A DNA stretch of 64,000 nucleotides from Paraphysomonas bandaiensis (Eukaryota > Protista > Chrysophyceae): contig CBFFRP010000132.1 of the NCBI GenBank assembly GCA_965644295.1, positions 62,001-126,000 on the forward strand, given 5' to 3'. The notes beneath the pieces were generated by a model. It was not told where the DNA came from. It worked only from the letters and a program-made list of their open reading frames with translations, and did no database searches. This document shows, piece by piece, positions 13,254-27,398 of the stretch; positions within the stretch are counted from its first letter, which is position 1; every line of letters starts with the position of its first letter. A program made the translations under genes and the position numbers.

Positions 13254-15682
13254 ATGTCATCATCAGTGAGCGGTCATCAATATCGGGTGAGTGGACTGAC
13301 TGGCAAACTATCTGCACATATATCTATGTATAAGTATACTATCTCTACTCTACCTATCTGTAATCTATTAATCTATCCAACTATCAATCTATCTATCTGT
13401 ATATCTATCTATTCATCGTAATACTATTTATCTATATCTATCTGTATAAGAAAGTCTAATTACTACTTGTTGGCTCTTTACTAGACTAGTAGTATAACTA
13501 TCTGTATACTATCTCTACTCTATCTATCTATATACTATCTCTTCTCTATTTATCTGTGTATTGAGATATCTATCACAATATCGATCTGCTTATCTCTCTG
13601 TCTGTTCATATATAGTTATCTATATCTCTGTCTGTCTATCTTTCTGTCTGTTTGTATATCTGTTTCGACCTCTATTGACGAATGCACAGCAACTGTTTCC
13701 TTCAGTGCAATCTGGAGGAAGCGCAAAGGGAAGGCTACCGAAACTACTGTCTACAGGCACGACATCAAAGTTGAATTATGTTTTAATATAGTTGTATAGA
13801 TGATAAAGCTAGTGACAGCAACGCCGATACTTCTGGTTTGGATGTTGGGGTGTGCTCTGTACAAGGCAGACGTCCGTATCAGGAAGATCAATACGCAGTA
13901 TGTCACCTAATTCTTTTTTCGTCTCTCACTATGCTCTATGCCTTGATACAGGTTTGTCGGTTTCTTCGAGATCCGGCCAGTTCTCCAGCGAGTGCCCCCG
14001 AAACTCATTTTTTTGGTGTATTCGACGGCCACGCTGGTGGCAAATGTTCCAAGGCAATCTGTACAACAATTCCGTTCCAATTTTCTCGAGATGAGTCATT
14101 CGCTACGAATGTCCCTACCGCTCTCAATAAAGCTATTCAGCGCACGAACGAGCAGTTCTTAGAGGTTGCTGGGCGACTGCGATTGAATGATGGGTCTACA
14201 GCTGTCTGCGTTATCCTGCGAGGGTTGACAATGACCATATCTAACGTTGGAGATTCTCGGGCATGTCTTATCACAGCACGTAAGGGCATCACTTTAACAG
14301 AGGATCATAAACCTTCTTCTCCTACGGAGCATCGTCGAATTGCTTCGTTTGGAGGGATGGTCACATATAACACAGGTATTGCACGAGTGGCTGGAGTTCT
14401 CGCTGTATCTCGGGCATTCGGAAACTACGGTATACGCAGTCTTATCAGAGCAGACCCAGATATTACCCAGCGAGAATTAAAATCCGACGATGATTTCCTA
14501 ATCCTAGCGTCAGATGGTTTGTGGGATGTGTTCAGAGCGAACGAAGTGGCAGACATATGCTATACACTTCAGAAACATGGTGTGAGAAGGATTGCCGATC
14601 AACTTGTGCAACTAGCTTTGACTCGTGGATCGATGGATAATATTACTGCGGTCGTCGTATCGCTTTCTAAATACGTTGCTCGCATGAAGTCGGGGGATCA
14701 AGGATGTATCACAGGATCGAAACGAGGGGCTACAACAAGTGGCGTGCTGACTGGGTCATCGCGTTTGGTGTCGGCTGAAGTTGGCACCAACTCACGACCG
14801 AGCAGCGGTTACGCGAAAATGCACAATAAAGGAAATTTTGTTGGCAGTGATGAATACGACAACGAAGATAGAATTGATGACAGCATAACTGTGTATGAAT
14901 CAGAATTAAATGGACTCACACGATCAAAAGTTCAGAGGGCATCTACAGCTGCAGGGTCGTACACTCGCGGTGGCGCAAGGAAACCACCGTTATATGTGAG
15001 TGGCGAACGAAAAGGTGGAGTCGATGCGAATGTAAGTATCGTTGATGGGTGTGGTGGAAGCGATTATTCGGCATCGACAATTAAACCTGTCAGTGCGCAC
15101 CGCAGTGTGATCCGCACGAGCGGTAGCACCACCGAGAAGCGTTGTCAGAGCAGTGGTGCCTCGAGAATGAGTCGTCGAGGGCCTGTGTCTGACAAGGACC
15201 ATAACTGTGTGGCGATGAGTGCCTCCTCCAGCCACATGCTTCATAGCTCCAGGACAAGTCAGCACTCCTTTGGCCATTCCTCAAGCCTTGATCAAGACCG
15301 CATCATGCCCATGGCCGTTGGACATCGCCGACCAGCATCCCGAAATGGGTCTGCGCACTCTGTTCACAGTAATTCAGGCAACAAAAGACCTGGTTCTGCA
15401 ATGGGAAACATTAACCCAACTCATGGCGAAGGATGCGGTGTTCGCCTGAGGTTCTCGAAAAGCTACACAGGCCCCATGTTAGCGTTTTCTGGCAATAGTT
15501 CAGGCATACCGGAGATAACGAAACATGAGCGTATGCATAGTCCAATCTCAACTAATGCGGGGAGTCTAGGGGTGGCACCAGACCGGTGCCGTGACGGAAC
15601 TGGTAGTGCTAAAAGTAACAGCAATCAACCGAGCAGTGGGGGCGCGAAGCTCTCAATTTTGAAGAGTTTTTCTCACGGATAG
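13254..15682 (+). CDS. PP2C/PPM-family Ser/Thr phosphatase with a long disordered C-terminal tail; 4 predicted exons
   Basis: PP2C motifs GRRPYQED, FGVFDGHAG, DGSTA, NVGDSR, DHKP, ASDGLWD and GSMDNIT. Exons 13254-13286, 13690-13756, 13800-13897 and 13952-15682 join in frame; the 5' exons are less certain. Confidence 0.9.
13310..13670. repeat. Degenerate (TCTA/TATC)-rich low-complexity tract within predicted PP2C intron 1
   Basis: Repeated ATCT/TCTG/TCTA units are visible. Confidence 0.6.
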
Positions 15683-17005
15683 CTAATAAGGACAGCTACC
15701 ATGAAGATATTGGTACTTCATGGTGCAATATTTTGTACATAACAATATCCTTGTAGATGTTATTATGGATTGCGTTAATGCTGGCAGTGCTAACAGCGAG
15801 TTTCGTATTATTGGAGGGTGTGATACCAAAAAGGCAACAGTACATGTGCAGGAGCTGTTTTTTAGGCATCATCATCGTTAACGGGTTCAATAATAGATAT
15901 AGTGTTATGTGCTTCATACAATTTGGAATTTAGCGCTATTACGAGTTATGTGATTTATCGCAATAATGAACATATCCCGTGTTATCATATTTGTACTTCC
16001 TGGCATAACTGTCATCATGCTACTTCGGGCTACTTAAGGCAGGTACACGTAAAAAGTGAGTCAAAGCGTTCTTGTTATAAATACTGTCATTGCATTCGGT
16101 TTATTTAAAATATGCAATATATTATTTATTTTCCTGCATATTCTAGTCCTTTGAAATTTGACGCGACTCAGAGTGTCTGAATTTCCTCGGAAGAAATAAA
16201 TCTATATATCCGCAACTTCTCTACTTACTTCCCCCCTACGTAATTCTAGAAACAACATCCCAGTCACAAACGGCCAATTTTCTATACTGGAACACCGCTA
16301 TATAAACTCCTTAATACCCTTATATCATCCTACAGAAAATACGCCTATACCCTGTCAAAATACTATACGAGTTACCATGAATCTCCGATACCCGATACAG
16401 CTATCTGCGATATGATGTGATATATATTGTGCAATTGAAGTGAGTTAATAGTGTGCAATAATAGGTGAAGCCAACTCATAGGTATAACGGGTGATTATAG
16501 GTACAAAGAATTAAATTCAGTTACTGGTTACTGATGTGTGACTATACAGGATATAGAACTGATTGATGAACATATGTTTGGTTACTAAGTGTGAATAGAA
16601 GTAAGTGTTACTAAAAGTGATAAATAGATGTTGCTGAGAACAGGTGTTTCATCAGATGTTACACGAATGTGTAGTGAAATGTTCAGAATAATAATTATAA
16701 TTTCTTACTTGAAAGTGCATTGTGTTCAACATAGCATGGTTAAGGTATACGTGTAGAGCTAAGTTAACTTTAGTGAAATGTCCAATTCTAACATGCGATG
16801 ATCGATATACAGTAAGAGTGCTGCGAGTGAGAGAGAACTACAACACGTCACAAAGATTAACGCAGCCAGGAAGCATTTATCACCACGGTAAAAATGTTGT
16901 GCTATACTATAAGACTTGTCAGCAGTAGAGGGATGGACAGCAACGCACACTTGCCATATATATACGATATACGATACTTAAATAACAAAAATTCAATACT
17001 GACTA

Positions 17006-18325
17006 CTATTTCTTCGTCTCATCCCCATGTATAGAGTACTTCCCATCCCGCTTAACGTTAGGGTCGTATATTTCCCACCTACTTGCAGGAAATATGTGCT
17101 TATTCCTCTCATACCATCGCCGTTCGCACACTTTACCAGGGTGAGACTCATCTTTCTCAACACGCACATCGTTCACAATCCTATTACAACGAATATTATA
17201 AGATCCTTCAAGCATGGATTTGAAGTAAATAAGTAATGCTATATCAATAAAAATAGTATACCTGATATCATCATGCACGTCGAAGTGAAACAGAGGACCT
17301 GATTTCCCACGGGCTTTGGTTATAATCAGGTCATAAAATGATATGTGCTACATATGCTTGATTAAAAGCGCAACACAGTATATGAGTAACAGAAGAATTA
17401 CGTGTGGTATAATAAGATCCTCCTTGACGTACATAAGGCTATCCGATCCCACACATCGAAGCTCAGGGAACTCTGGTGACAATTGTAGCTTCACAAACTC
17501 AAGAAACCTGCCGATGGTGCACCCTTTCTTCACTTCGATGGCCTTACGGTGTCCTGACCCATCCCAGAAACTGTATGTAACCTCTATCATCTACATGAAG
17601 CTATTACACTTCCCTTCATGACACTATCTAATTACCTCCCCCTTTATGGCCTCCTGCTGCTCTTCCCATTCTCTTCGAAGACGCTCTTTCTCTCTCGCGA
17701 TTGCTTCGTCTCTTTGTCGATCTGGCAAATGGCTGGTGTCTACATCAGGGTTCTTAGAAACCTTCTTGGGCGGGACAATGACCTCTTCCTCCTCTTCACC
17801 ATCATCCATGTCAAACGATAAGGCAGAAACCATCTTTTTGCGCTTCTCCGCACGCTGGCGGGCTTTTTTTTCAGCTAATCGGGCAGCATCTTTCTCATCA
17901 GCATTCCGCTGATTTGCAGCGGACTCTTTCTTCGCCTTATCAACAACTTCCCTGGCCTCTCTGAAGTCCTTCGCACTCACGAGACCCACAGTACGTTCCC
18001 TGAACTCTTGTTCCAATGAATCGCTGCAGAGAGAGCGATAAGACGCATTGACATTCACAGCATAACAGTACGCATATGATCCATAGCGCACCTCCCACAG
18101 TTAAACTTCTCATCTATCCTCGACACAGAGGTACTATTTTCCCCTTTAATCTTATTCCTGACAGCCAAGTACTCACTCTGCTGCTTCTCTCTCTCTTTAG
18201 TGAGCTGAGCGGCTCGAACCCCAGCAACATTACCTTCCACTGTATGAACACCTGCACACACACTCACAGGGGGGACAACACACTACATTCTTACCGGAGT
18301 CACCAAACCGACGGATATCAGTCAT
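17006..18325 (-). CDS. FAM50: XAP5/FAM50 family protein; multi-exon
   Basis: [48 protein letters not shown] and [32 protein letters not shown] motifs over ~6 exons. ATG at 18325. Confidence 0.95.
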
Positions 18326-18398
18326 CTTAGCTGAGGAGTATTATCTATGCTATGAACCCTGCCACGAGGCAGGAACATATATATGTACCCATGCAATG

Positions 18399-18828
18399 CT
18401 ACATACATACACACGTACATACATACACACGTACATACATACATGCATATATATACATACATACATACATACATACATACATACATACATACATACATAC
18501 ATACATACATACATACATACATACATACATACATACATACATACATACATACATACATACATACATACATGCATATATATACATACATACATGCATATAC
18601 ATACATACATACATACATACATACATACATACATACATACATACATACATACATACATACATACATACATACATACATACATACATACATACATACATAC
18701 ATACATACATACATACATACATACATACATACATACATACATACATACATACATACATACATACATACATACATACATACATACATACATACATACATAC
18801 ATACATACATACATGCATATATATACAT
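18399..18828. repeat. (CATA)n/(TATG)n tetranucleotide array between divergent FAM50 and ankyrin genes
   Basis: About 430 bp, with variant units CATGCATATATATA. Lies ~74 bp from one ATG and ~57 bp from the other. Confidence 0.98.
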
Positions 18829-18884
18829 AGTATATTGCAGATGCGTAGTGTTCAAATCGCTCCGCTGGTTTTAGCGCACTAGAC

Positions 18885-19286
18885 ATGTTGAAACTGTGTT
18901 TGCTGTGTCTCTTCTTTTTCCAGTCTGTGTATGCGCAGGTGTGGCAGGATAGTGATACTCTGAGTAGCATGTGGAGCGCATGCAGCCGACACGACACACA
19001 GACGCTGCAGCAGATTCTTCAACACGAGCCAGACGCTGCTTTTGCGAGATCCAGTGATGGAAGAGGACCATTGTTTTGGGCGTATGAGTATGCCCACACT
19101 GAAGCTATTGACATTCTGGAGAAACTCGGAGTTGACCCGTTAGCTGAGGATGCTGATGGTAACACCCCAAGACAATTAGGCATCGACAATGCGGAGATCA
19201 ATGCACACAGACAATTTCCACAGGCAACTACCTATCAGCCGACTTATGATTATGACGATTACGACGATTATGAGGATGAATTGTAG
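18885..19286 (+). CDS. Small secretory-pathway ankyrin-repeat protein with signal peptide and C-terminal EDEL
   Basis: Hydrophobic N-terminus MLKLCLLCLFFFQSVYA. Ankyrin-like DGRGPLFWA and DADGNTP. Acidic tail ending YEDEL. Confidence 0.8.
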   Translation: MLKLCLLCLFFFQSVYAQVWQDSDTLSSMWSACSRHDTQTLQQILQHEPDAAFARSSDGRGPLFWAYEYAHTEAIDILEKLGVDPLAEDADGNTPRQLGIDNAEINAHRQFPQATTYQPTYDYDDYDDYEDEL

Positions 19287-19899
19287 TTTGAGCAAATGTT
19301 ATGCTTTGTCCCTCTCCGAGTATGAGTTATTGTTTATGGGACAGGAAGCTTGTAATTGAATTTTATATTGAGTACATATGGCTATCATTTGGCAAGATTT
19401 TATTAGTTGTATCGTGTGCAACATTTATTCAAGTAGTACATCAACTAGAGGTAGGGATTACTAGTGTTATATGTACAGAATACTATGTACGTATTCCCAA
19501 TAGTACATTACAAAGATAGTTACAGTATAATATATTGTTTCCTATCAGGGATGGCTACCGTTATCATTGCCCAACAGTTCGTGAACCACCATCCATATGA
19601 GAGGCCACCAACTGCATGCATGGTAAACTTATATTATATATTGTATGCTCGGATGATATATTATATATATTGTCAAACCCATATTTTGATTAAAAAACCA
19701 TAGTGTGTTTTTGACTTGAATTAGCTCGTATTAGCATTGGTTCAATATAGGCATTCAATTTTAACATGCGACTCGAACAGAACTTTCATCTTTCTTAAAT
19801 TTGACATTGACATTTATTATAATGTGATTTCAGAATTCAGTATAATACACAAGTTTAGAGACACCACAATGATGAGCCAACTTTCAAAAGCAGATCATC

Positions 19900-20115
19900 A
19901 AATATTCCAAATCACCTTCCATCCTTCGTCTGTTGTAGAAGACCGTGACAATGACAGTGCAAACGATCTATCTTCATAACTAGAACTTCGAAAGAATGCT
20001 GCAAGAATAATACTGGAGAGTTCAAATGCCATATCTGATACTGAAGGTGATTCGGAGCAATGGTACCCAGTTCTTTCAGGATTGTGTGTACCATATCATA
20101 CACACAGCATTCGGG
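19900..20115 (-). repeat. Dispersed repeat (degenerate coding relic); second copy at 55095-55325
   Basis: Colinear similarity: TTCCATCCTTCG...GTACCCAGTTCTTTCAGG...CATATCATACACAC in both places. Confidence 0.65.
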
Positions 20116-20439
20116 TCAGGTGCACTACTAGCAGAGTTTAAGCGTATTATACATAGATGTGATAATGATGCCAATATGACAAAACACAAAGCCTCGTGCG
20201 ACTATAATTCGTCATATTCATTAGAATATGAATGTACGAAAGTCAACACCTCGCAGTTACTATTCCCTCAGTATCCTTCTGTGGTAGGGGTATATTGTAA
20301 ATTAGCTTGAGTTAATCTACAGTCCAAAATTAAATGCCGTTCCCTTTTGTAGCTGCTATACTTAGGCTTTTCATTTGGTTTCTTAATGTGACTAGTAAAT
20401 ATATGCAAACGTGGGAATTTGAGGACCTATTTCCTCTAG

Positions 20440-21023
20440 CAGCAAGGTTATCCGGGGTATTGGGCTGCTTAATGGCTCAAAAAGTCAGCAGATGTCAGGT
20501 ATATTAACATTCTCTGTTTTCTCATTTGAGTGATAGTGCGAAAGTGGTTGCGCCTTGGTGCTTGCGGTGACGCACAAGTAGCTTTCGTATCGTAAATAGG
20601 AGGTAATGTCTGATTATTAGCAAAAAGCGTGGAAGGGTCAGAGCTAATGTAGTAAACCAATTTAACTAACTAGTGCTTAACTCTGATATCCTGCTATATG
20701 GCGCTACGAAAGCTGCTTGTGCGTTACCTCAAGCACCAAGTTGCTACCACTTTTTTTCTCCCTGTCCTTAAGCTGAATAGCCCGCATGATTGACTTCAGT
20801 AGGCAGCTAAATACCCCTGATGCCCTTGAAGTGGGTCGATTCCCGGAAGCTTGGCAGCCCATTGACGTCTACACAAGTGACATCCCTTCTACCACACAAG
20901 CATTAGGCTATGAGTAGACAGAAAATATACGGCTCACGTTGCTTCTCCGGAGCAATATCTCTGGTACTGGTACTTATCCCCCAGAACACCACAAAAGGAT
21001 GCGAGTATGACTTTATTGAGGGT
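20440..21023. mobile_element. Two tail-to-tail copies of the SINE-like family (+ 20440-20620; - 20680-21023)
   Basis: Both match the body and tail of 52137-52615. The minus copy includes the head motif. Confidence 0.75.
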
Positions 21024-21024
21024 T

Positions 21025-21350
21025 AAATAGAAGTAAGTGTTACTATAAGTCATCTTAATACAAGATAGAAGATAGTATATGTTTTAGAATGTATTACTAA
21101 GTGTAAATAGAAGAATAGGATTTCAACATTATGAGCACCAGCTACAATTTTACATATAGAAATTAGGAGTATCATCCCATGTCTAAATGTTTGCCCTCGT
21201 TTCAAAACTTTTAGTGCGGGAGAATATAGTCTTCTCATTCCCTTGGTTAAATATAACTATAATTACTTTTTTGTGCGATATATTTTTTAAGTATTGACTT
21301 TTAGTAACACTTACTTCTATTCACACTATCACACTTCGACACTTAGTAAC
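21025..21350. mobile_element. MITE-like element with inverted repeats, containing a partial copy of the 55559 MITE
   Basis: AATAGAAGTAAGTGTTACTA.AAGTCA at ~21027 is inverted at ~21295-21322. The same motif occurs at 16581-16620 and 50390-50432. 21160-21250 resembles 55559-55666. Confidence 0.55.
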
Positions 21351-21655
21351 ACTTTATTAGTGAACTTCATTGCATCTAAAAACTTAATACATATATGGCG
21401 TAAAGAAATGATAACATTATTATCCGACAGGTACATTTAAGTGTACAATAACACGCCACCAATACTAGCTATACCATATTATTTTATAATGTGATCGTGA
21501 TCGCTAATAATCACACATTCATATGGTCAACTACATCTAGTTTATACGTCAAAATGAATCACCAATAACTTCTATGGACATTCTCACTACTTCAATCTAT
21601 AGGGCATTATCGTTGATCAAAATAAATCGCGAATTCAATGTCACAAGCAATAATA

Positions 21656-24600
21656 TCAATGTATTTCCGACACAACTTCGCGGTACATTTCGTCAAATGA
21701 ATCCCAGTCAATATCTGGACTGCAACCTGGATCGTACAATTTTTCTTCTATTGTTGTTAAAAGCTCTATACCTCGAAGTCGCAGTTGTTGTAATGTATTA
21801 GTGAAGTATCCAGAAACATATTCATTTACAGAATTCGCATCTGACATTGATGTGTAGAATGGCCGGTGGACTTGAAAATGATACAAAACGGCTTGCTCGG
21901 AAGAGTTAATTTTTTTTGCATCCTTATCTAAAATGAGGCCATCAAAACGCTGCTCTGTACTGAAGTCAACTCTTTTATATCCTTTCGACCAGTCTATCGT
22001 CCAGCCATACCGGTGTCTCGGAAGCGTTGAGTAACAAAACCCAGAACTTGTATTACTACAACCAGAAAAAGGGAAATCTAAGTGACACCCACCGGCCATA
22101 TGCAGCGCTCCTTGAAATATCCTGCGGGTGGGAAGGATAGGTTTCTTGAACTTCAGTCCACTGCGTTGGGTCTCTGGAGCCCGCACAAACCTTGACCCAA
22201 CCCATCTATTGGTGCGAGAGGACGACGGCGGAGAATCATCCGGTCGATACAATACTTCAGAAGACATCATAAAATAGCACAGAGGGTGACCATCACCGTC
22301 AGCCCATCCGATCCCGCCACGCCAAGAATCATAGAGTTCGAAAGCATTTGCGTCCGCAGGAAGGGGGGTGAGTGGTACATTAGAATCGGCAGAACGAATA
22401 ACATCCATTATCGTATGATGGGGGGGTTTGGGAATGAAATACTCGTCAATGTCCCTGACAGAAGACTAATGAGAAACAGATTTATATATACATAAATAAC
22501 AGGGTATTTACCATATGGCCAAATAATCTGCAACGCCTTTAGAAAAATATAAACACATGTTAACAAAAAATATTTTGATGTTGTCTCTGTCCATAGACAT
22601 ACCAAACAAACCATACAATAAATCCTCGTCTCCTGCCTCAGACACTACACTCAGTAGACCATCTTGAATATATGACCTGAATGCTTGCAAGAACCTATTC
22701 ATATTGACACTTCCCCAAGTGTATGTCGCAGCAACATACATATGTCGTACACCCATATTAAAATGATGCTGCATAAACTCTGCATACAGCGCAACTGTCC
22801 TTTTGGACATTGCAGACTCTATACCCGGCACACACATGTGAATATCATCGGTACCCAGACTATTCGGTTTGGTACTAAAACCTTTCCACGCATCTAGCTG
22901 AGAAGCTTCTCCAGGAGCTGTCAGCATGAAGCCAGTCCTCCTTGTTTTCCATGGAATACTGTACTGAGTAACTAAATACGATCCGCGGAATATTTCAACC
23001 CAGAGTTCTTCATTTGAACGGGCAAGATAGCGGTAAGCAGCTTCAGAATCCTGAATCGGACATCGGAGTATGTCGAGGCGCTTGTTTGCATTCACGTCCG
23101 GTGTGAGTTCATTTGGAAGAAACACCCCTTGGACTGTGTATGCTGTGGACCGATTGGTATTGGATATCCGACAAGTGTAGGTATGTCCATCATTTCTTTC
23201 GCCTACTGTGGTGTAATTTACGCTACGCGAATGCCTTATTGCTTGTATCCAAGCGCTTAGTGAGTCTTCCCGAATAGCAAAGTTATTTATCTTTCCCGTG
23301 AAATTGGCCAGCTGCTCATGGGCCATGAAGAAACTCACCAAGTGCAAATTCCAAGAGGCATACTCTCGCTCTATAATAGCTCCGAGGATAACATCTGAAT
23401 GGTCTTGTACAAAATACGGCAACTCACCCGTTTTCCCATAAAACGATGGTGGGCTGAGCGGAATTGAAGCGATAGCGTCATGAGAATCGCTTGAGTCCAC
23501 ATATTTTAAAGTGGCAGGGTACAACTTTATCCAATTTTCATCGGGTGCTGGTGCAACTTTTACATGCTCTGGAAGAGTTGCTAAAATGTACAAACCTCGT
23601 CTAATTAACTCACTGTAAACAGCAGGAAAGTAAAATTTCGCATAATCATTTATAGCCGTTAAGGCAGAAGAGTCCTCACTCGGCAGTAGCTCTCTGCGGT
23701 ATATTTGTACATGGTATATCACAGCCTCTTTGATTGGGTCCAATTTTTTGGCATCCTTATCGTATACAACACTGTCAAATTTATGCTCCAATGAGAAATC
23801 AGATACTCTTCTTTCGCCATTTACAATATCTACCGAATATCCATAAATATCTTTTCTCATGGCCGCGTTGCAAAACGATTCCCCAGTACTACTATTACCA
23901 CAACCGCCCCATTCACCACCTAAATGACAAGCCCCACCTACATGTAACCCAGCTTGCCATATTCTTTCAGTTGGAAATATACTCTTCTGGAAACTGAGGC
24001 CTCGTCGTTTGCTATCAGGCGCATGAGAAAAATCAACACCAACCCAACTTCCTTGTAATTCATTTGACGCTTGCATTTTACTCTTATCCTTTCCAAATAT
24101 CACATCTGACACCAAGTATAGGTAACAGAAAGGATGCCCATGGCCATCAGCCCAGCCTCGACCGCCCTTCCACCTATATTTCATTGCATGAGCATCGGTT
24201 TTATTGGGAAATGGGATGAGTGGTTTCGATGATTCGGCTGAACGAATAACGTCCATTATCGTATGGTGCGGCGGTTTCGGTATAAAATACTCGTCAGTGT
24301 CCCATACCGCAACATAGTCAGCAACTCCTTTACACAAATAGAGGCACATATTTACATGCATCACTTTTGCGTTGTCTCTATCAAGCGACACCCCAAGGAA
24401 GCTATATAGCAAGTCAATATTATCTCCAGCAAGAGAAGACACGGAGAGAATACCATCATCAATGTACGTCTGAAATGCTATCAAAAACTTTGCCATGTTT
24501 GCACCATTCCATGCATATGTTCCTGCAACAAACATATGCTGTACTCCAAGTAAGAGGTGATGTTGTATAAACTCAGCATATACAGGAAGTGTTGTCTGAG

Positions 24601-27352
24601 AAATTGCCGACTCGACCCCAGGGACGCACATATACAGCTCATCACCCCCAACCTCTCCTGGTAGGGTGCTTGTAGAATTCTTATCGAAGCCTTTCCATGC
24701 ATCAAAACTATCTGCAATACGCGGTGATGACATCGAATACCCTGTTCGACGGGTTTTCCATGGAATTGTATACGAAAGGATCACTTTACCACCTTTTAGG
24801 ATATCCACTTCAATCTCTTCCTCGGAGTCAGTCATGGTGCGATACAATTTCTCAGTATCACGCATCCGACACCGCATAACATCCACACGTCTGTTCGCAT
24901 TTCTATCTGGAGTTAAGGCGTTGGGTAGAAATTTTCCCACGACTGAGTAAGATTCAGCAGAAGAAAACGGCTTGATACGACATGCATACAACGGAGGGTC
25001 AGATACTCTTGCCCCACTGCTTTTATACTCAGTGTCATTGAATATTCTGCTAGCTTCCCGCCACTGATCTCTTGTCACTGGGCTGACTCTTTTGAGGCCA
25101 TAGTCAACAGGAGGATTCCACAGCATCCAGTGTTGTAAGAAAAAAGTGGTAACATGTAGACTCCAGGACCTATGTCGCCGCTCTAGGATAGCTCCAAGAG
25201 CCACATCACTGTTGTCACTTGCAAACGCAGGTAATCCGCGATGTGGAGGTCGAGTTAACACATTCGCTCGGGTGAAATCTTCAGAAAAATTGAATACACC
25301 ATTGGAGCTACCTTGAAATATATCAGATTTATTAAAGGTATACTGTCTGTCCCCACTCTCAAAAGTACTTGGAGGCACATTCCCAAGAACCTTCTTTGGA
25401 CTTGGAGTAAAAATCTCAGCATATTTTACCCATCTAGTCGGGTCTAGATTGGGCACATCCTCAACAGGCATCAAGCCTACAGTAGATGCATTGATGCGGC
25501 TCTCCGCGAGTGCAGCCTTCACCTGGTCGGAATAATGGGACACGTACGCATTTCCAGTGCCTGCCTTTGACAGGGGTTGTGGCCGCATTGTTTCCAGCGC
25601 CGACACGAAATTTATAAGATAGGCATCTTCATTGTGCCTGAGCAACTTTGTGTCTCTAGGAAACACAATATCGTCAATGGAATGTTTCGCTGGTACCGCA
25701 GTTGGGTTCTTCTTCACCACAAGCTGGTTGTACACGTACATGCTATCAGGAACACTCACAAAACAAAGAGAATTGGTGCTACTATTGTATCCCTCCAGTT
25801 CTTGTCCGGAGCATTCAGTCCACTCCCAATCTAATCGACATGCTCCGGACACATGCATTCCAGCCTGAAATATAGATTCTGTAGGCAAAATTGATTTTTG
25901 AATTCTTTCGTTACTAAGGCTACTCGATCCATACAAACCTGAGATCCATGGGTTGGCTAAACGAGTTGTGGTCGACTGCTTCCCTGAAAAAACCTTCCAG
26001 GACTCGAGAGACAGGTAGCAAAATGGATGCCCATCCCCATCTGCCCACCCACGTCCGCCCTTCCAGCTATCAACCGTAATATTGCTCGATATGTCTTCAG
26101 GTCTCAAACGATAACCATCTTGCACAGATACTGACCGGATTACGTCTAAAATACTATTGTGTGGGGGCTGTGGTATGAAGAACTCGTTGATGTCCCACAC
26201 ACCCACATACTCCGCCGTTCCCTTAGCAAGATACAAGCAACTATTCACTTGAATATTTCGCACTGACACGTAGTCCCACTCTATACCCGCAACAATACTA
26301 AACATATTGTACTTATCGGGTGCTTCTGAGACGATTGAGAGACGACCCTGGTCTATGTAAGGCTTCAAAGTTGCCAACAAATACCTCATGGTATATGATT
26401 CCCATGAAAACTCTAATGTCAAATGGATATGCGAGACTCCCAGTATCAAGTGATGCTGTATAAACTCCAATAATTGATATACAGCGCCCCGCTGACCGTA
26501 AATGTTTCGACTTCGAGCGGAACAGAGGTGGATACTATGGGCAGGCCTCGGCAGACTTGCAACACCGCCCGGGGTGTACCCAGCCCAGGCGTCTAACCTC
26601 GTAGCACTATTCGGCGAATATAGAAGGTATCCCGTCCTCCGGGATAACAAAGGAACAACAAACTTGACCAATGCGGTCTCCAACTGGCCCCGGTATATCT
26701 CCACCTCAACTACGGTACTGGAGTTTGCAGTTGACACCAGATGATATAATGACTTCGAATCAGGAATAGGACATCGCAGTACATCCACACGGCGGTTAGA
26801 GTTCGAGTCTGTAGTCTGTTTATTGGGCATGAAACGTCCAACAAGACTAAACTGAAGTGATAGAATAGGTATAGATATTTTACAGTAGTATTTGACTGCA
26901 GGATCTCGCATACCGTTACTTAAATAGTGAACTTTTTTCTGACTCTGAATCAAAGTACGCCACTGACGAATATGCTTGACCGACACACGCCTGGCCTTGT
27001 ACTGTCGCACTTCATCCGGATCAGTCATAGCTGACGAGAGGAAGGATGTGGTTATGTGTAAACCCCATGAGCGAGATGACCGCTCTATTAGAGAGTTCAG
27101 CACCAGCTCGGAACCATCATATGAGATGCATGGGAGCCCTGAGTCCACTACAGAAGGAGAGATAGGCGATCTGTGAGACCCGATAGACAGTGAATCCGCG
27201 GAGTCCTGATGGTTGATCCTGAACAGCACTACCAGTAACTGAAGAGACACCACCAGACCGATACCAGTACACACCGTCCACGACAACGACTGCGCCCGCT
27301 CCCTCCTGTGCCTCCTCTCTATGTTACTGCTATCACCTGTGCCCTTATCCAT
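21656..27352 (-). CDS. Giant type II membrane protein with three tandem GT92/DUF23-like glycosyltransferase modules (~1880 aa)
   Basis: The true start is MDKGTG at 27352; the track ORF runs into the repeat. One TM helix near the N-terminus. Three repeats of FIQHH..G..H...N.CLY..KG.A.Y...WD.DE.FIP. A 57-nt GT-AG intron at 22455-22511 joins the 1712-aa and 250-aa ORFs, restoring YLAIWDIDEYFIPKPP. Confidence 0.75.
26013..26259. repeat. Left arm of a 247-bp near-perfect inverted repeat (partner 28873-29119)
   Basis: Reverse complement of 28873-29119 with one mismatch seen (TCG Ser vs GCG Ala). Confidence 0.9.
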
Positions 27353-27398
27353 ATACACCTGATGAAAATATATCAAGAATAGACAGAATAGCCTACCC

